Part shown: positions 37,922 to 47,904 of the stretch, piece by piece
Position numbering within the stretch: position 1 is the stretch's first letter
How the letters are laid out: every line of letters starts with the position of its first letter
From: a virus
Direction: 5' to 3' (one strand)
Length of the DNA stretch: 64,000 bases
IMG/VR virus record: IMGVR_UViG_3300007177_000055
Span: 1 to 64,000 of that record
The notes under the pieces: model-generated
Told to the model about the DNA's origin: nothing
Database searches by the model: none
Seen by the model: only the letters and a program-made list of their open reading frames with translations
Position numbers and translations under genes: made by a program

Positions 37922-40900
37922 TAGTTTCTGGAACAAAGTATTACGTCAATATATTTTACTGCAAAGTCCATTGTATTAGAAGTAGTCTGAGTGGCCGAGG
38001 CGTATTGAATAAGAATGCCCGTGCTATTGCTAGCAGTACTTCCTGAACTAGTAACAAGAGAAGCTGCACCAGTACCTGTACCCGGACCTGGATCACTAGA
38101 TTGTTCCTTATACGTATAAGAGTGAGAGTGTCCCGGGTCGTTAATACCGTGGTTGTGGTTTACTAGGGGTACAGTTCTGCTAGTAAAGGCACTAGTAAAG
38201 TCCATAGTACCAGATGAGCCACCGCCAGGTCCAGATACCACTCTTATAGCTTTGTTTTGGTGTGTAGTTACTTGTGTCCAATTTAAAGGCGCTGCAGCTT
38301 GATAAAAAAGTAACGTATCTCCAGTACTAAAATCTGAAAAATTTTGAATTCTGTCATCTATTAAAGAAACAGCTGTAAAAGGAGTAAGTACAGCTTTTTG
38401 GTCCGTTCCGGCTAAAGCTTGAAGCGCGGTAGCTAACTGAACAAAACCAGCGCGTTGCGTAGTAGCGTATAGCTTCCAATTGTTAGAAGCCAATATTGGC
38501 GTTTCAAAATCTGTAAGAGAGTTAAAAGCAAACTTGGCAGACCTAAGATCTAAAGTGGCATTAGGGAACAAAAGTAGTCTTTCAGTAACTGTCAAACGCT
38601 TAAAAATCTTACTGTCAGAACTTGTAGAGCTACCCAGGTCAGTTTGCTTACCCGTCTTTAAGTCTATGATTTGTTGACCGATGATAAAGTTACCATCTTG
38701 ATCCATACCTGTGTTATAAACCCGACCGCCAAAAGACTCTTTTTTTATTCGAGCTATTGACTGCTGAAAAGTAAAAACTTTATCCTGAAACAGGGGTAGA
38801 GCCGAAGAGTAATTTAAGTATCCTTGCCATTCCCAAGTGTGTCCAGTGCATCTTATAGTGGAAGGACGATGTAAGTTAGTAAATAGCCTGGCCGGCAAAC
38901 TCACTTCTCTAGTATTTGCTTGCAGCAAAGCTGTTCTAGTAGATAAAGGCAAACCTATTTCGGTAAGTATAGTGTCTAAAGCTCTATAAGTAGCCGAAGT
39001 AGCTGGATTGGATACAGGGTCGTCAACGTTTATTTCAGGATATAGCCCACTTAATGGTTCGTTTGTAGAACCTGCCAACATTAGGGCTATATAATAAGTA
39101 CCTAAAGGTAGAGCAGTTCCCTGAAAATCAGTAGTCTTTACGCTAGCTACAAAAACAGGCGTAGTTAGCTGTAAGCCCATTAGCTGCCGATCAAGCTGCA
39201 AAACAAAGTTTTCTAAAGGCCGGCGTTTGTTAGCAGCAGAAAGACCTTCTAATTTTAGCCACAAAATGCGGTCATCTTGTTCTCTTTGGTCAGGACTGCG
39301 CTTAATGATTACAGGAAAATCTTCAACTAAAGCACGGTTGTTATATATACCGTTGTTAGTAGCTAAAGTGTTAAAAAACCAGCCATTTGAATCTTGAGAA
39401 TATAGAGGAGCTGTACTGGTCAAAGTAGCGGAGTACTCGGTACCATCTTCTCCAGTCACATACAACCTTTCTCCAGGCAAGTAAGTAAAAGGAGCTATAC
39501 GGTCTTCACTAGGCTGAGAGTCTACGTAGAGCTTAGTCGGAGTATTAATATCTAGATTAGTGCTAGTTTTTAACTTAAAGCTTAGAATAGGTATGTTAAG
39601 TACCGTTGAATCTATAGCTTTAGGTAAAATTATAGTATCTACATAAGAACCTGAGTCTTGGGGTAAAGGTTGCGCCGCAAAGCCACTAGCTACTAGAGAT
39701 AAGTCACCGAAGTTAGAGCAGCTATTGGTAATAGAAAGCTCACCTCCATTCTCTACTTCGTAATGAACTGCCGAACAAACCACAAAGCAACTAACAATTT
39801 GTGCATAGCCGCCATTAGTGGCCCTAAAAGCTCGATGTCTCCACTCTGGTTTATACCTTTTGTTTCCAGGTAGAGTATTATCGGTAGTAAAAGCTCGGGT
39901 GTCAGCCTGCAAGCTTACGTTAGTAAACTGAGCTGTAACCATCGACTTTAAGCCTGTGACTTTAGCTCCATCTATTACTAACCCATTAAGTCCAAATCTG
40001 GAACGTACCGAACAATTAAAAACGTATGGACTCGCATATACAGCAGTATCTACACCTAGAAAACCGTTTGCGTCTAAAGTTTGATTACTAGCAGTAGAAG
40101 CAACTATTTGCGTTTCAGCTGCATTAGCCTGAAAGTCAGCTAAAACTACGTTAGGAGATTGTGTTAACCCTAACACTTGGTAAATCTTAGAATAATAACT
40201 AGAGTCTGAACCTGCTAGTTCTTCTGCAGTTGCAAATTCTGCACACCCACAAAGGTGATGGCTACTCTGAAGAAATGCATTGTCAGTAAAAGTAAAACCA
40301 TATAGGTATGACCCTCCGGTTAGTTTAAAAATACTAGTTCTACCAGTACCAAAACAACCAGGGTCGGTTAGCCAATCAGTAAAGTTACCGACATACCTGG
40401 GACGAAACTTAGTTTTCCTGAGGTCTAATGCCACTATAGACACGCCCCGAGGGGTAATCAAACCACCCTTGATAGGGTTAAATACAGAATAATTAGGGTA
40501 ACTAACTGAATCTCCTATAGACCATACGCCTTTCATGCGACGCACAGTAACTGTAAAGTTGTCAACAGCAACTACTATAGCTGAGCCACCAGAAGAACTG
40601 AAAATCTGCTGACGAGGATACAGGCCTTCGGCTACAGCATTAGCAAGGTTTAGTACACCAGTAACTAAATTAATGCCAGTGACCAATCCACTTAACAACT
40701 GAGGATTAATAGGGCCCGTATCAGTTGGGGATAACCGAGGCAGAGCTGAATAGCTCACTACTCCTGGTCGGTTGTCTAAGTGGTAGTCACCAGAGTGTAC
40801 CAAAATAGTATCTTGATCATACAAATCATTATCTGCACCTGCTCGGTAAGACCTTAAAGCTGAAGCTATTAAAGCTCGCTCAGGAGTTAAAAAAGGTCTG

Positions 40901-41499
40901 GCTGGATCTAAACCGTCATTTTCAATAGAATCGTCACCTATAGTTTGATCTACGTGTATTTCATTTGATTCTGTACGTAAAGTAACAAAACCAGAGGCTG
41001 TTGCCCAATCAGCTAACCCTGCTGGGTTTACAGCCGTAGTTTCAGAAACTCCAGCTTTTATTTCTTCTAAAGTCGCTAAACGAACTAAACCAGCTTCTGT
41101 TTGGGTAGCGTCTACCGGAGTAACCTTGTACCAAACGGTTCCGTCATTAACAAAAAAAGCACCATCTGTTTTCCTTAACCACAGCTGGCCTATTTGACTT
41201 AATTTTGCAGAGTTGTTAGTAAACTCAATTCCCGGAGCGGTAGTACTTACTGCATCAGTGGTAACGTAGGCCGGACCAACTCTTACTACTTTGTCAGATA
41301 CATTTTCTGAAGCACCTGTACCAACTCTTAAAAATAAACCTACAGAACTAGCTATCAAGCTAGGGTTTGAAGTCCCGTGATTAACCGTAACTTCGCCGCG
41401 ATATAAGTCTTCAGGAGTAGTAGTACTAGGCACACGGTTAGGTATCCCACTAGACCGGGATACGATACGTGTTACGTCAAAGTCTCTGGGAGTACCCAT
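37921..41499 (-). CDS. large tail fibre/structural protein (cyanophage type)
   Basis: PRGVSIVALDLRKTK.RP, ASPYVFNCSVRS, KSMVTAQFT, RPSTIRC.GHTWEW, and a collar-like C-terminus FYQAAAP..W..AIRVVSG..HNH.I.DPGHSH. Confidence 0.85.
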   Translation of the reverse strand: MGTPRDFDVTRIVSRSSGIPNRVPSTTTPEDLYRGEVTVNHGTSNPSLIASSVGLFLRVGTGASENVSDKVVRVGPAYVTTDAVSTTAPGIEFTNNSAKLSQIGQLWLRKTDGAFFVNDGTVWYKVTPVDATQTEAGLVRLATLEEIKAGVSETTAVNPAGLADWATASGFVTLRTESNEIHVDQTIGDDSIENDGLDPARPFLTPERALIASALRSYRAGADNDLYDQDTILVHSGDYHLDNRPGVVSYSALPRLSPTDTGPINPQLLSGLVTGINLVTGVLNLANAVAEGLYPRQQIFSSSGGSAIVVAVDNFTVTVRRMKGVWSIGDSVSYPNYSVFNPIKGGLITPRGVSIVALDLRKTKFRPRYVGNFTDWLTDPGCFGTGRTSIFKLTGGSYLYGFTFTDNAFLQSSHHLCGCAEFATAEELAGSDSSYYSKIYQVLGLTQSPNVVLADFQANAAETQIVASTASNQTLDANGFLGVDTAVYASPYVFNCSVRSRFGLNGLVIDGAKVTGLKSMVTAQFTNVSLQADTRAFTTDNTLPGNKRYKPEWRHRAFRATNGGYAQIVSCFVVCSAVHYEVENGGELSITNSCSNFGDLSLVASGFAAQPLPQDSGSYVDTIILPKAIDSTVLNIPILSFKLKTSTNLDINTPTKLYVDSQPSEDRIAPFTYLPGERLYVTGEDGTEYSATLTSTAPLYSQDSNGWFFNTLATNNGIYNNRALVEDFPVIIKRSPDQREQDDRILWLKLEGLSAANKRRPLENFVLQLDRQLMGLQLTTPVFVASVKTTDFQGTALPLGTYYIALMLAGSTNEPLSGLYPEINVDDPVSNPATSATYRALDTILTEIGLPLSTRTALLQANTREVSLPARLFTNLHRPSTIRCTGHTWEWQGYLNYSSALPLFQDKVFTFQQSIARIKKESFGGRVYNTGMDQDGNFIIGQQIIDLKTGKQTDLGSSTSSDSKIFKRLTVTERLLLFPNATLDLRSAKFAFNSLTDFETPILASNNWKLYATTQRAGFVQLATALQALAGTDQKAVLTPFTAVSLIDDRIQNFSDFSTGDTLLFYQAAAPLNWTQVTTHQNKAIRVVSGPGGGSSGTMDFTSAFTSRTVPLVNHNHGINDPGHSHSYTYKEQSSDPGPGTGTGAASLVTSSGSTASNSTGILIQYASATQTTSNTMDFAVKYIDVILCSRN

Positions 41500-41596
41500 C
41501 TAACTAATTAACTTGCCTCTATAGAGACTAACAGTACAACAGTCCTTTTACCAACTACTATATCGGTTAACCTAGGTGTATACGTTAGCAAAGCGT

Positions 41597-41986
41597 ATGA
41601 ATGATGGGCTCGGCTTAACTCTTTCTGACTACTTAGACAAGAAAAAAGTCAGGTATCAACATCGTCAAGCTATCTTTACTGCATTTGACCACAAATGTGC
41701 TTACTGCGGTCAACCAGCTCAAAGTCTAGATCACGTCAAGCCTAAGCACAGAGGTGGCCAAAATCTTAGCTCTAACTTAGTACCAGCATGTTTAGCCTGC
41801 AATCAATCAAAAGGTTCTACTAACTTGTGGGATTTCTTCCACGAAGAACAATCTTTCTACTCAAAAACAAGGGCAGATTTCTTAAAAAAATGGATTTCAG
41901 GAGAAATCCATTCACTTCACGTACTTACTACACAGGAACTAGGTCTAGATACTAGCTGCTATTCGTTTAATGTAAGCTTTACTTAA
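41597..41986 (+). CDS. HNH endonuclease
   Basis: CAYCG..LDHVKP..GG..NLVPACLACNQSK. Confidence 0.9.
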   Translation: MNDGLGLTLSDYLDKKKVRYQHRQAIFTAFDHKCAYCGQPAQSLDHVKPKHRGGQNLSSNLVPACLACNQSKGSTNLWDFFHEEQSFYSKTRADFLKKWISGEIHSLHVLTTQELGLDTSCYSFNVSFT

Positions 41987-42024
41987 AACAAAGTACAGCG
42001 ATTAGTATCACACTTTACAGCTAA

Positions 42025-43650
42025 ATGAGTACAACTGAGAGTAAGACTGCAGCAATAGAACCTTTTGTTAGGACTAAAAGTGGGTGTTTACAGCTAATAA
42101 CTTCGGAATATTGGGGGAGCTGGTATAGAGCTATCGACGATCCTAAAGGTAAAGATATAGATACGAAAGACCTCTTAAGTAGGTTCTGGATAAAACCCGA
42201 CTTTGACAAAGTTCCACTAGTAGACTTACGTCGAATCGTAACTTTTTACCGTAAGTACATCTCCAACCTAGCAGCTAACTCTACAATTGACACTAACGAA
42301 GTACAAGTCTTACTGCTGCGGTCTGAAACAAATGTTAAAGTCTGGAAAATCCTAGTACCTAAGCAAATTATTACACAAGCTGCTGTTGAAGCAGTAACTC
42401 ATCCATGCTGTGATCTAGAAACTGGCGAAGATCACGATATATTCCCACCAGCAGGTTGGGTGCACGCCGGCAGCAGCCATTCTCACAACACGATGTCTGC
42501 TTTTTTTAGTCCCAAAGACGATCGAGGCGAACTGACCGTACCAGGTTTGCACTTTGTTATTGGATCCATTACGTCTGACAGCTACGACATCAAAGCGTCT
42601 ATAGTAATAAATCGCGCACGTTTCTTAGTACCACCTACTCACGTACTAGAAACTGGCGATATCCCGGTGGCAATAAACCAAGCTTTGGTAGCCAGGTTTA
42701 AAGATTCTGAAACAGTACCCTATGCAACAGAAGTAGAAACCTATGTTAAAAGGGCTCAAGACGTGCGTAACTCAGTAAAGGCTGAAAGCTTTACCTACCA
42801 CACTGCTAGCCCTTATTCATACCCTAATTTGCGTCGTCGTACTCGCAAACACTCTTTTAGAAACGCCCCTTACAGTTGGACTCCTGGCATTAACCCCAAG
42901 CTAGACGATTTCTCTGATTTACTAGAAAACTTTAACGAAATAAGTCAATACCAACCTAGCAAAACAGTAACTGTTACTGGCAGGCCGCAACTGTTAAGCA
43001 GCGTAGCGTTTGACTTAGCAGAAATACTGAAGAGTCTTAAGCATACTTACCCAGAAATAGTATTTGATGCTTTAGTAAAACACGATTATCTTTCAGCTGA
43101 AGAAACCCCCCAAGCCTCAGGTGAGGCTACAGAAACTGAAAAACCACTACTCTCAGATTTTACAGAAGACGCTGACTGGTGCGCTGACTGGTCCGCAGAT
43201 CCTTTAGACACCAGTTTTATACTGCTAACTTCTTTACTAAGCGACCTTGAACAAGAAGCTGTGGCCAAAGACATAGTTTACGCTATGTTAGTTGCTCACG
43301 GGCTCCTTAATCTCCACTACTTCTCCATTGATCCATATGTTGTAGACCTTGGAGAATATCTAGTTGAAGGTAAAATTATTGACTCGGTATTTCCCGAAAA
43401 AGAGAACCTAATCAAACTAGCTAAAGCCTTAGATTCGCTTTTAGTTGACGAATACGCCCGAGTAGTTTGTGGGATTTTGATCAACTTAGATTACCTAAGC
43501 ATTGAGGATCTTTGTGACTACTTGCCTGAAAGCGAAATTCGGCGAGGCATCCTAGAAGCCAACGAATACACTTTAACTTTTACGGATTCTAATCCTGAAC
43601 TAAGCGCCGCACCTAAATTACCAGAACCTGACTGGTCTGACTTTGTTTAA
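42025..43650 (+). CDS. JAB/MPN+ metallopeptidase (deubiquitinase-like) with acidic C-terminal region
   Basis: NEVQVLL (Glu), VPKQ, GSSHSHNTMSAFFSPKDD (HxH..S..D), GLHFVIG; PRTRC protein A type. Confidence 0.85.
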   Translation: MSTTESKTAAIEPFVRTKSGCLQLITSEYWGSWYRAIDDPKGKDIDTKDLLSRFWIKPDFDKVPLVDLRRIVTFYRKYISNLAANSTIDTNEVQVLLLRSETNVKVWKILVPKQIITQAAVEAVTHPCCDLETGEDHDIFPPAGWVHAGSSHSHNTMSAFFSPKDDRGELTVPGLHFVIGSITSDSYDIKASIVINRARFLVPPTHVLETGDIPVAINQALVARFKDSETVPYATEVETYVKRAQDVRNSVKAESFTYHTASPYSYPNLRRRTRKHSFRNAPYSWTPGINPKLDDFSDLLENFNEISQYQPSKTVTVTGRPQLLSSVAFDLAEILKSLKHTYPEIVFDALVKHDYLSAEETPQASGEATETEKPLLSDFTEDADWCADWSADPLDTSFILLTSLLSDLEQEAVAKDIVYAMLVAHGLLNLHYFSIDPYVVDLGEYLVEGKIIDSVFPEKENLIKLAKALDSLLVDEYARVVCGILINLDYLSIEDLCDYLPESEIRRGILEANEYTLTFTDSNPELSAAPKLPEPDWSDFV

Positions 43651-43653
43651 CTA

Positions 43654-44712
43654 ATGGAAAACCTAGTACTTGCTACAGAGCAAAATACACCACCCACTAA
43701 AAGAACAGCATGTAGAGGTAAACACAAGTTTATTCCGTTTCCGTCAGGAACTACAAAAGCTATAGTCTCCTATGATTCTTACGAACCTGACGAAATCTAC
43801 ACAGGATATACCACTAAAATATTTACTGTTACTGAGCCTCGAACAGCTCGAATAACACTAGCTACAAGAGAAGACTCTGCTAAATGGCTAGAAGCATTTA
43901 GTGCTAAAATCTGTAAGTCTTGTAGTAAACTGGCAGTTCCTGCCAAGATACTGGAGCAAGCTTATACTGCAGATCCAAGTTTAATAACACTAAACTTGGA
44001 TCAAATGCAAAGTTTCCTAGCCGAAAAAATTGAGGGTGCATGTTTAAGCGTTACCAACCATGTAAAAGGAGTATGCCCAGCCGGGCATGACATAGCTTCT
44101 GGACTAGAAGAGCAAAAAGTAGCTGTGATGAAAGTCCCAGCGTTATGCTTGATGTCTACGTATACTAGCAGAACAAGCAGTAGTCACTTTGCTTTTGATC
44201 AAGGACGAAAGTACAGTCTTTTTGCTTACAAAGATGATAATCAAGTTCCTTATATAAGTCCTTATAGACCAGCTAATGTATACACTAACGGAAATATTTG
44301 TTGGGGTAAGCAACCGTTACCCCAAAATCCTAAACAAGCTTTGGCGGCTTATTGGGGTTCTGGTTTCAATCGTGATTTAGCCTCTCAAGCAGCTAATACT
44401 CTAAAAGGTACCTTAGAAAACTACGAGCAGCTGTCTAGCAACTTTGAGAAGCTAACACTGCATACACTTCAAAACGTCCAGGGCATTAACAAACCTTGTG
44501 TGGGAGTTTATTTAAGCTCTTTTAGTAACTTGTTGTCGGCAGTTCCGTCAGAACTCCACATAAAAGTACGCTCTGAGACTTTTGTATTAGCTTGGGTTCT
44601 GTCTGCAGAACCTGATAGATACTTACTGGAGTTTAAGGAGTTTTTAGTAGAAATGAACGATTTAAACGGTCGTGCAAAAGTAAAAGTTCTTAGTTCATCC
44701 CCAGAAAAATGA
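43654..44712 (+). CDS. prokaryotic E2 (family D / PRTRC-B-like) conjugating protein
   Basis: PANVYTNGNICWG..YWGSGFNRDL with the putative catalytic Cys; N-terminal CxxC. Confidence 0.75.
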   Translation: MENLVLATEQNTPPTKRTACRGKHKFIPFPSGTTKAIVSYDSYEPDEIYTGYTTKIFTVTEPRTARITLATREDSAKWLEAFSAKICKSCSKLAVPAKILEQAYTADPSLITLNLDQMQSFLAEKIEGACLSVTNHVKGVCPAGHDIASGLEEQKVAVMKVPALCLMSTYTSRTSSSHFAFDQGRKYSLFAYKDDNQVPYISPYRPANVYTNGNICWGKQPLPQNPKQALAAYWGSGFNRDLASQAANTLKGTLENYEQLSSNFEKLTLHTLQNVQGINKPCVGVYLSSFSNLLSAVPSELHIKVRSETFVLAWVLSAEPDRYLLEFKEFLVEMNDLNGRAKVKVLSSSPEK

Positions 44713-45512
44713 AATTTGACGCAGTTCACCTTGTAGGTCTAGGTGGTACAGGTTCTTACTTAGCAGCTCCTCTTGCCAAGCTATTGAAGTACCACCAAAA
44801 TGGGACGGAGAACCTCCACTTTTGGGATAAAGATAAACTTGAAGTTAAAAACCTCACCAGACAAGACTTTACTCCAGAGTCTATCGACAAGAATAAAGCT
44901 CAAGAAAAAGCTGCTGAACTAGAAAGCATCAACTCTAATATTAAGGTGCATCAGTCTTGGTTCGTTCCAGACACACTAAATGCATGTTTAAAAGAGGATC
45001 CCAGTGACAACCTGCTAATAATCCTAGCTGTTGACAACGATGCAACCCGGCATCATATCATTGTTGAGCTAGACGGCATGCTTGATCAAGACTTTGTACT
45101 AGTTCTACCTGGTAACGGATACGACACCGGCAACACTTTCTGGTACGGGCGACAAGGCACAGAAACAGCTCCCGTGCACCCTTTTGAAGTGGCTGACAAC
45201 TGGGCAAGACCTCAAGATGGTCTACCAGGAGATTGTGCTTTAGAAGCAGTATCCAGCCCTCAGCTATTAGCTAGCAATTTAGCCCAAGCTCTGGGATCTT
45301 TGTTGTTGGTACAAGGTTTGTTAGAAGATCAGCCTATGCCTTTTAAACTAGACTACTCTGGCCCTGAGTTTAGCATCGTTGCTGAAGGCAGGCCTACGTA
45401 TTTTCCTAGCTTGACACGCCAACCAGAACCTGTTGTTGAGTCAGAGGCAGAAACACAAGACCTACTGCCTGAATCTGTACCTAGCTCTACAACTGTAGAG
45501 CTGTTTTCTTAA
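44709..45512 (+). CDS. ThiF/E1-like activating enzyme
   Basis: VGLGGTGS, D.D.LE.KNLTRQ, NKA, AVDN..TR, GDCA....PQL..SN (putative catalytic Cys). Confidence 0.9.
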   Translation: MKFDAVHLVGLGGTGSYLAAPLAKLLKYHQNGTENLHFWDKDKLEVKNLTRQDFTPESIDKNKAQEKAAELESINSNIKVHQSWFVPDTLNACLKEDPSDNLLIILAVDNDATRHHIIVELDGMLDQDFVLVLPGNGYDTGNTFWYGRQGTETAPVHPFEVADNWARPQDGLPGDCALEAVSSPQLLASNLAQALGSLLLVQGLLEDQPMPFKLDYSGPEFSIVAEGRPTYFPSLTRQPEPVVESEAETQDLLPESVPSSTTVELFS

Positions 45513-45513
45513 A

Positions 45514-45996
45514 CTAATACTCTCCCCCGAAAATTTGACCTACTACTAAACCTCTAGCACCTAAAGCTATCATATTTGATTGCAAAGAAACTGTTACTTG
45601 CAAAGCAGGATCTATCAAACTCATATTGTAGTTAAACTTGTTGCCAAAAGTAACTAGATCATCTGCTGTAGGGTCTTCCTCAAAGTCACCTAGTTCAGCT
45701 CTTAGTAGACCAAACCCTAAAGGACTACTAGAAACTAGAGTACCACTACCAGCAAACATAGCTACTATAAAGCAGCTCAGTCCACTGGTAGGAGCTTCAC
45801 TAAAAGTAATAGTATCCTCTAAAACTGTAAAGTTAGTTACAGGTGCTTGAGGTACACCCCCCATAACAGCCATAAGCTGAGCTGCATTAGCAGGGGTAAA
45901 AGAAGCTCCTGATAACCTTAAGGGAAAGGTTACTCTGGATCCGTCAAAAAGACTAGAAACATCATCTAGTAGTACATTACTAGCTGGATTAGACAT
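45514..45996 (-). CDS. virion structural protein
   Basis: LDDVSS.FDG...FPL..GGVPQ.P..F...ITFSEAP, a cyanophage baseplate/tail repeat motif. Confidence 0.75.
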   Translation of the reverse strand: MSNPASNVLLDDVSSLFDGSRVTFPLRLSGASFTPANAAQLMAVMGGVPQAPVTNFTVLEDTITFSEAPTSGLSCFIVAMFAGSGTLVSSSPLGFGLLRAELGDFEEDPTADDLVTFGNKFNYNMSLIDPALQVTVSLQSNMIALGARGLVVGQIFGGEY

Positions 45997-46403
45997 CAGT
46001 AAGTACCTCCATCCCAGGTAGACCCAGTCAAGGGTAAAGAATCTTCTAGAGACCCGCCATAAATAGTACCTTGACTTAGAGTACCGTTTAGAACAGTAAT
46101 AGAGTTAACCGTCAATTTATTAAGAGTGAAAACACCACTAGCGGTTATATACGGAATTTTCAGGTTTTGACCAGTAGCAGTTAAGTTTCCAATAGCCAGC
46201 AACTTATCTAAGTTGTTGTTATAGGATTGAACATGCAACCGCAAAGAATCGGCAGTAGCGTCATTATCTGTGTTGCCAGTAGAAGTTCGACGCAAACCAT
46301 TGTATGTAGTTCGATACGGACCCGTTAAAGGCAACAAACTATCATTGCTAGAAGGGTGCCCTAACAAATCTCCTAGGTCTGTCCCTTGAGTAAAGTTAGG
46401 CAT
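45996..46403 (-). CDS. virion structural protein
   Basis: Ends WDGGTY; lies in the structural strand block. Confidence 0.6.
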   Translation of the reverse strand: MPNFTQGTDLGDLLGHPSSNDSLLPLTGPYRTTYNGLRRTSTGNTDNDATADSLRLHVQSYNNNLDKLLAIGNLTATGQNLKIPYITASGVFTLNKLTVNSITVLNGTLSQGTIYGGSLEDSLPLTGSTWDGGTY

Positions 46404-46452
46404 TCAGCAAAAGCAACCTACTAAAATAGTAACTGTTGCAGTACCAAAACTG

Positions 46453-46788
46453 ATGACTTTTTCAGACTTAAATGAATTAGCAGCTTTACACGAACTCCTA
46501 GTTCCGATAGAAGCTCAATTAGTAAACAACCAAAAACTAAAAGCAAGTTACGAGTTCCGTAAACTAGAAATTGAATCTCAGCTGCAATATGCCGTCGCTT
46601 TTGATTCAACTCTAAAAAATGATACTCAACGTTCAGCTATTTTGACAGTAAACAAACTAGCTTCAGAGGAGTGGGTTAGGCTAACAAAAGTAGACCTACC
46701 TGAAGTAGAAGCTAGCTTACTAACGGACTCGTTTAAAGAAAAAAGACTAAGAGAATTAATACAATCAGTTATATGTAAACAGCACTAA
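46453..46788 (+). CDS. coiled-coil hypothetical protein
   Basis: LKNDTQR motif, helical. Confidence 0.6.
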   Translation: MTFSDLNELAALHELLVPIEAQLVNNQKLKASYEFRKLEIESQLQYAVAFDSTLKNDTQRSAILTVNKLASEEWVRLTKVDLPEVEASLLTDSFKEKRLRELIQSVICKQH

Positions 46789-46866
46789 ACAAAGTAGAAC
46801 GTTCGGCCTAAAGTTCTTTGTGCTTATTTTGTGAGTTTATCAGGTGAAAATAAAATCAGTGAATAT

Positions 46867-47445
46867 ATGAGTTATTCTTCTTTAAAGATACGAGACAAAC
46901 TAGGATCTAAAGTAAGATATATCCTTAAAAAAAGTGCTATTAACACTGCTGTTAGTTGGCCTTTTGGTTTTTACATGTATTATATAGAGCAGTTTAGGTT
47001 TATTCACTTATTGTTAAAAGAATTAGAGCTGAGATACCCTGATCAAAGTAAAAGCACTTTAGAAGACCCTGTACTATACAGCCCTGTTTTATATGAAATA
47101 ACCGCCGCCGACTTAAAAAACGTAAGGATAGAAGCAGCTTGTTGTGCTTGGCTTAGCTGGGACAACAAAACACTAGAACAACAAGGCGTGCCGGCTAACC
47201 AATTACCCGATAATCTTTCTTATGGGTTAGTTCTGAGCTACCCCGGACCTATAATGCGGGCAGCTTGTTATTTAGTAGGTGAAACTAAAGAATCAGAACT
47301 TTTATCTATAGATCCAGTAGTACACTACCAAGCAGAACAATTTGCTCTTCAAAGACTTAAAGAGGCTTTTCCTGCCCTCAACGAAGAAGACCTAAAAAAC
47401 ATTACACGGCAGCAAAAGCATTCTTTAGCAAAGAAACCTACTTAA
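46867..47445 (+). CDS. hypothetical protein
   Basis: Long ORF after a TAAACAAAGTA motif. Confidence 0.55.
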   Translation: MSYSSLKIRDKLGSKVRYILKKSAINTAVSWPFGFYMYYIEQFRFIHLLLKELELRYPDQSKSTLEDPVLYSPVLYEITAADLKNVRIEAACCAWLSWDNKTLEQQGVPANQLPDNLSYGLVLSYPGPIMRAACYLVGETKESELLSIDPVVHYQAEQFALQRLKEAFPALNEEDLKNITRQQKHSLAKKPT

Positions 47446-47882
47446 GAATCACCTGCAATCACAAACACTTCAACTAAAGCTGCAGGGTAACCCTCAGGGG
47501 GAGCCCCTGCAGGCTGAACAACAGGAGTCGAAGGAACTTGTACTCGTATGCTAGTAATAAGATCCAAACCTGTTTCAGCAGTATCCATCACTTGCATAAC
47601 AAAAGTGGTTAGCAAACTAGTAAAAGTGCTAGTGCCAGCAGTATAAGTTACTCGGACAGGCCTAGTAGACTTTACTACCAAAAGCTTAGGGGCTCCAAAG
47701 TTTTGAGCAGCTAAATTAAAGTCTTCAAAAGCACCTGCCGAAATTTTGGTAGCTACGCTGTAAGGATAAACTGGATTTTGTCTAGTACCAAAAGCCGCTT
47801 CAGGTAACTTCAGTAAACTCTTGATGTTATTAAGGGAGCTACTTACTGAAACACTAGCCGTAACAATCACGTTATAAGCCAT
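47442..47882 (-). CDS. probable structural protein
   Basis: Beta-rich ORF on the late (-) strand. Confidence 0.55.
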   Translation of the reverse strand: MAYNVIVTASVSVSSSLNNIKSLLKLPEAAFGTRQNPVYPYSVATKISAGAFEDFNLAAQNFGAPKLLVVKSTRPVRVTYTAGTSTFTSLLTTFVMQVMDTAETGLDLITSIRVQVPSTPVVQPAGAPPEGYPAALVEVFVIAGDS

Positions 47883-47904
47883 CAGACAAAAGCGTACTAA
47901 CTCT

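Noticed and set aside
44709-45512. ThiF as a thiamine/molybdopterin biosynthesis gene
   Set aside because: No thi/moa genes nearby, no typical paired CxxC Zn motif, and it is operonic with E2-like and JAB genes.
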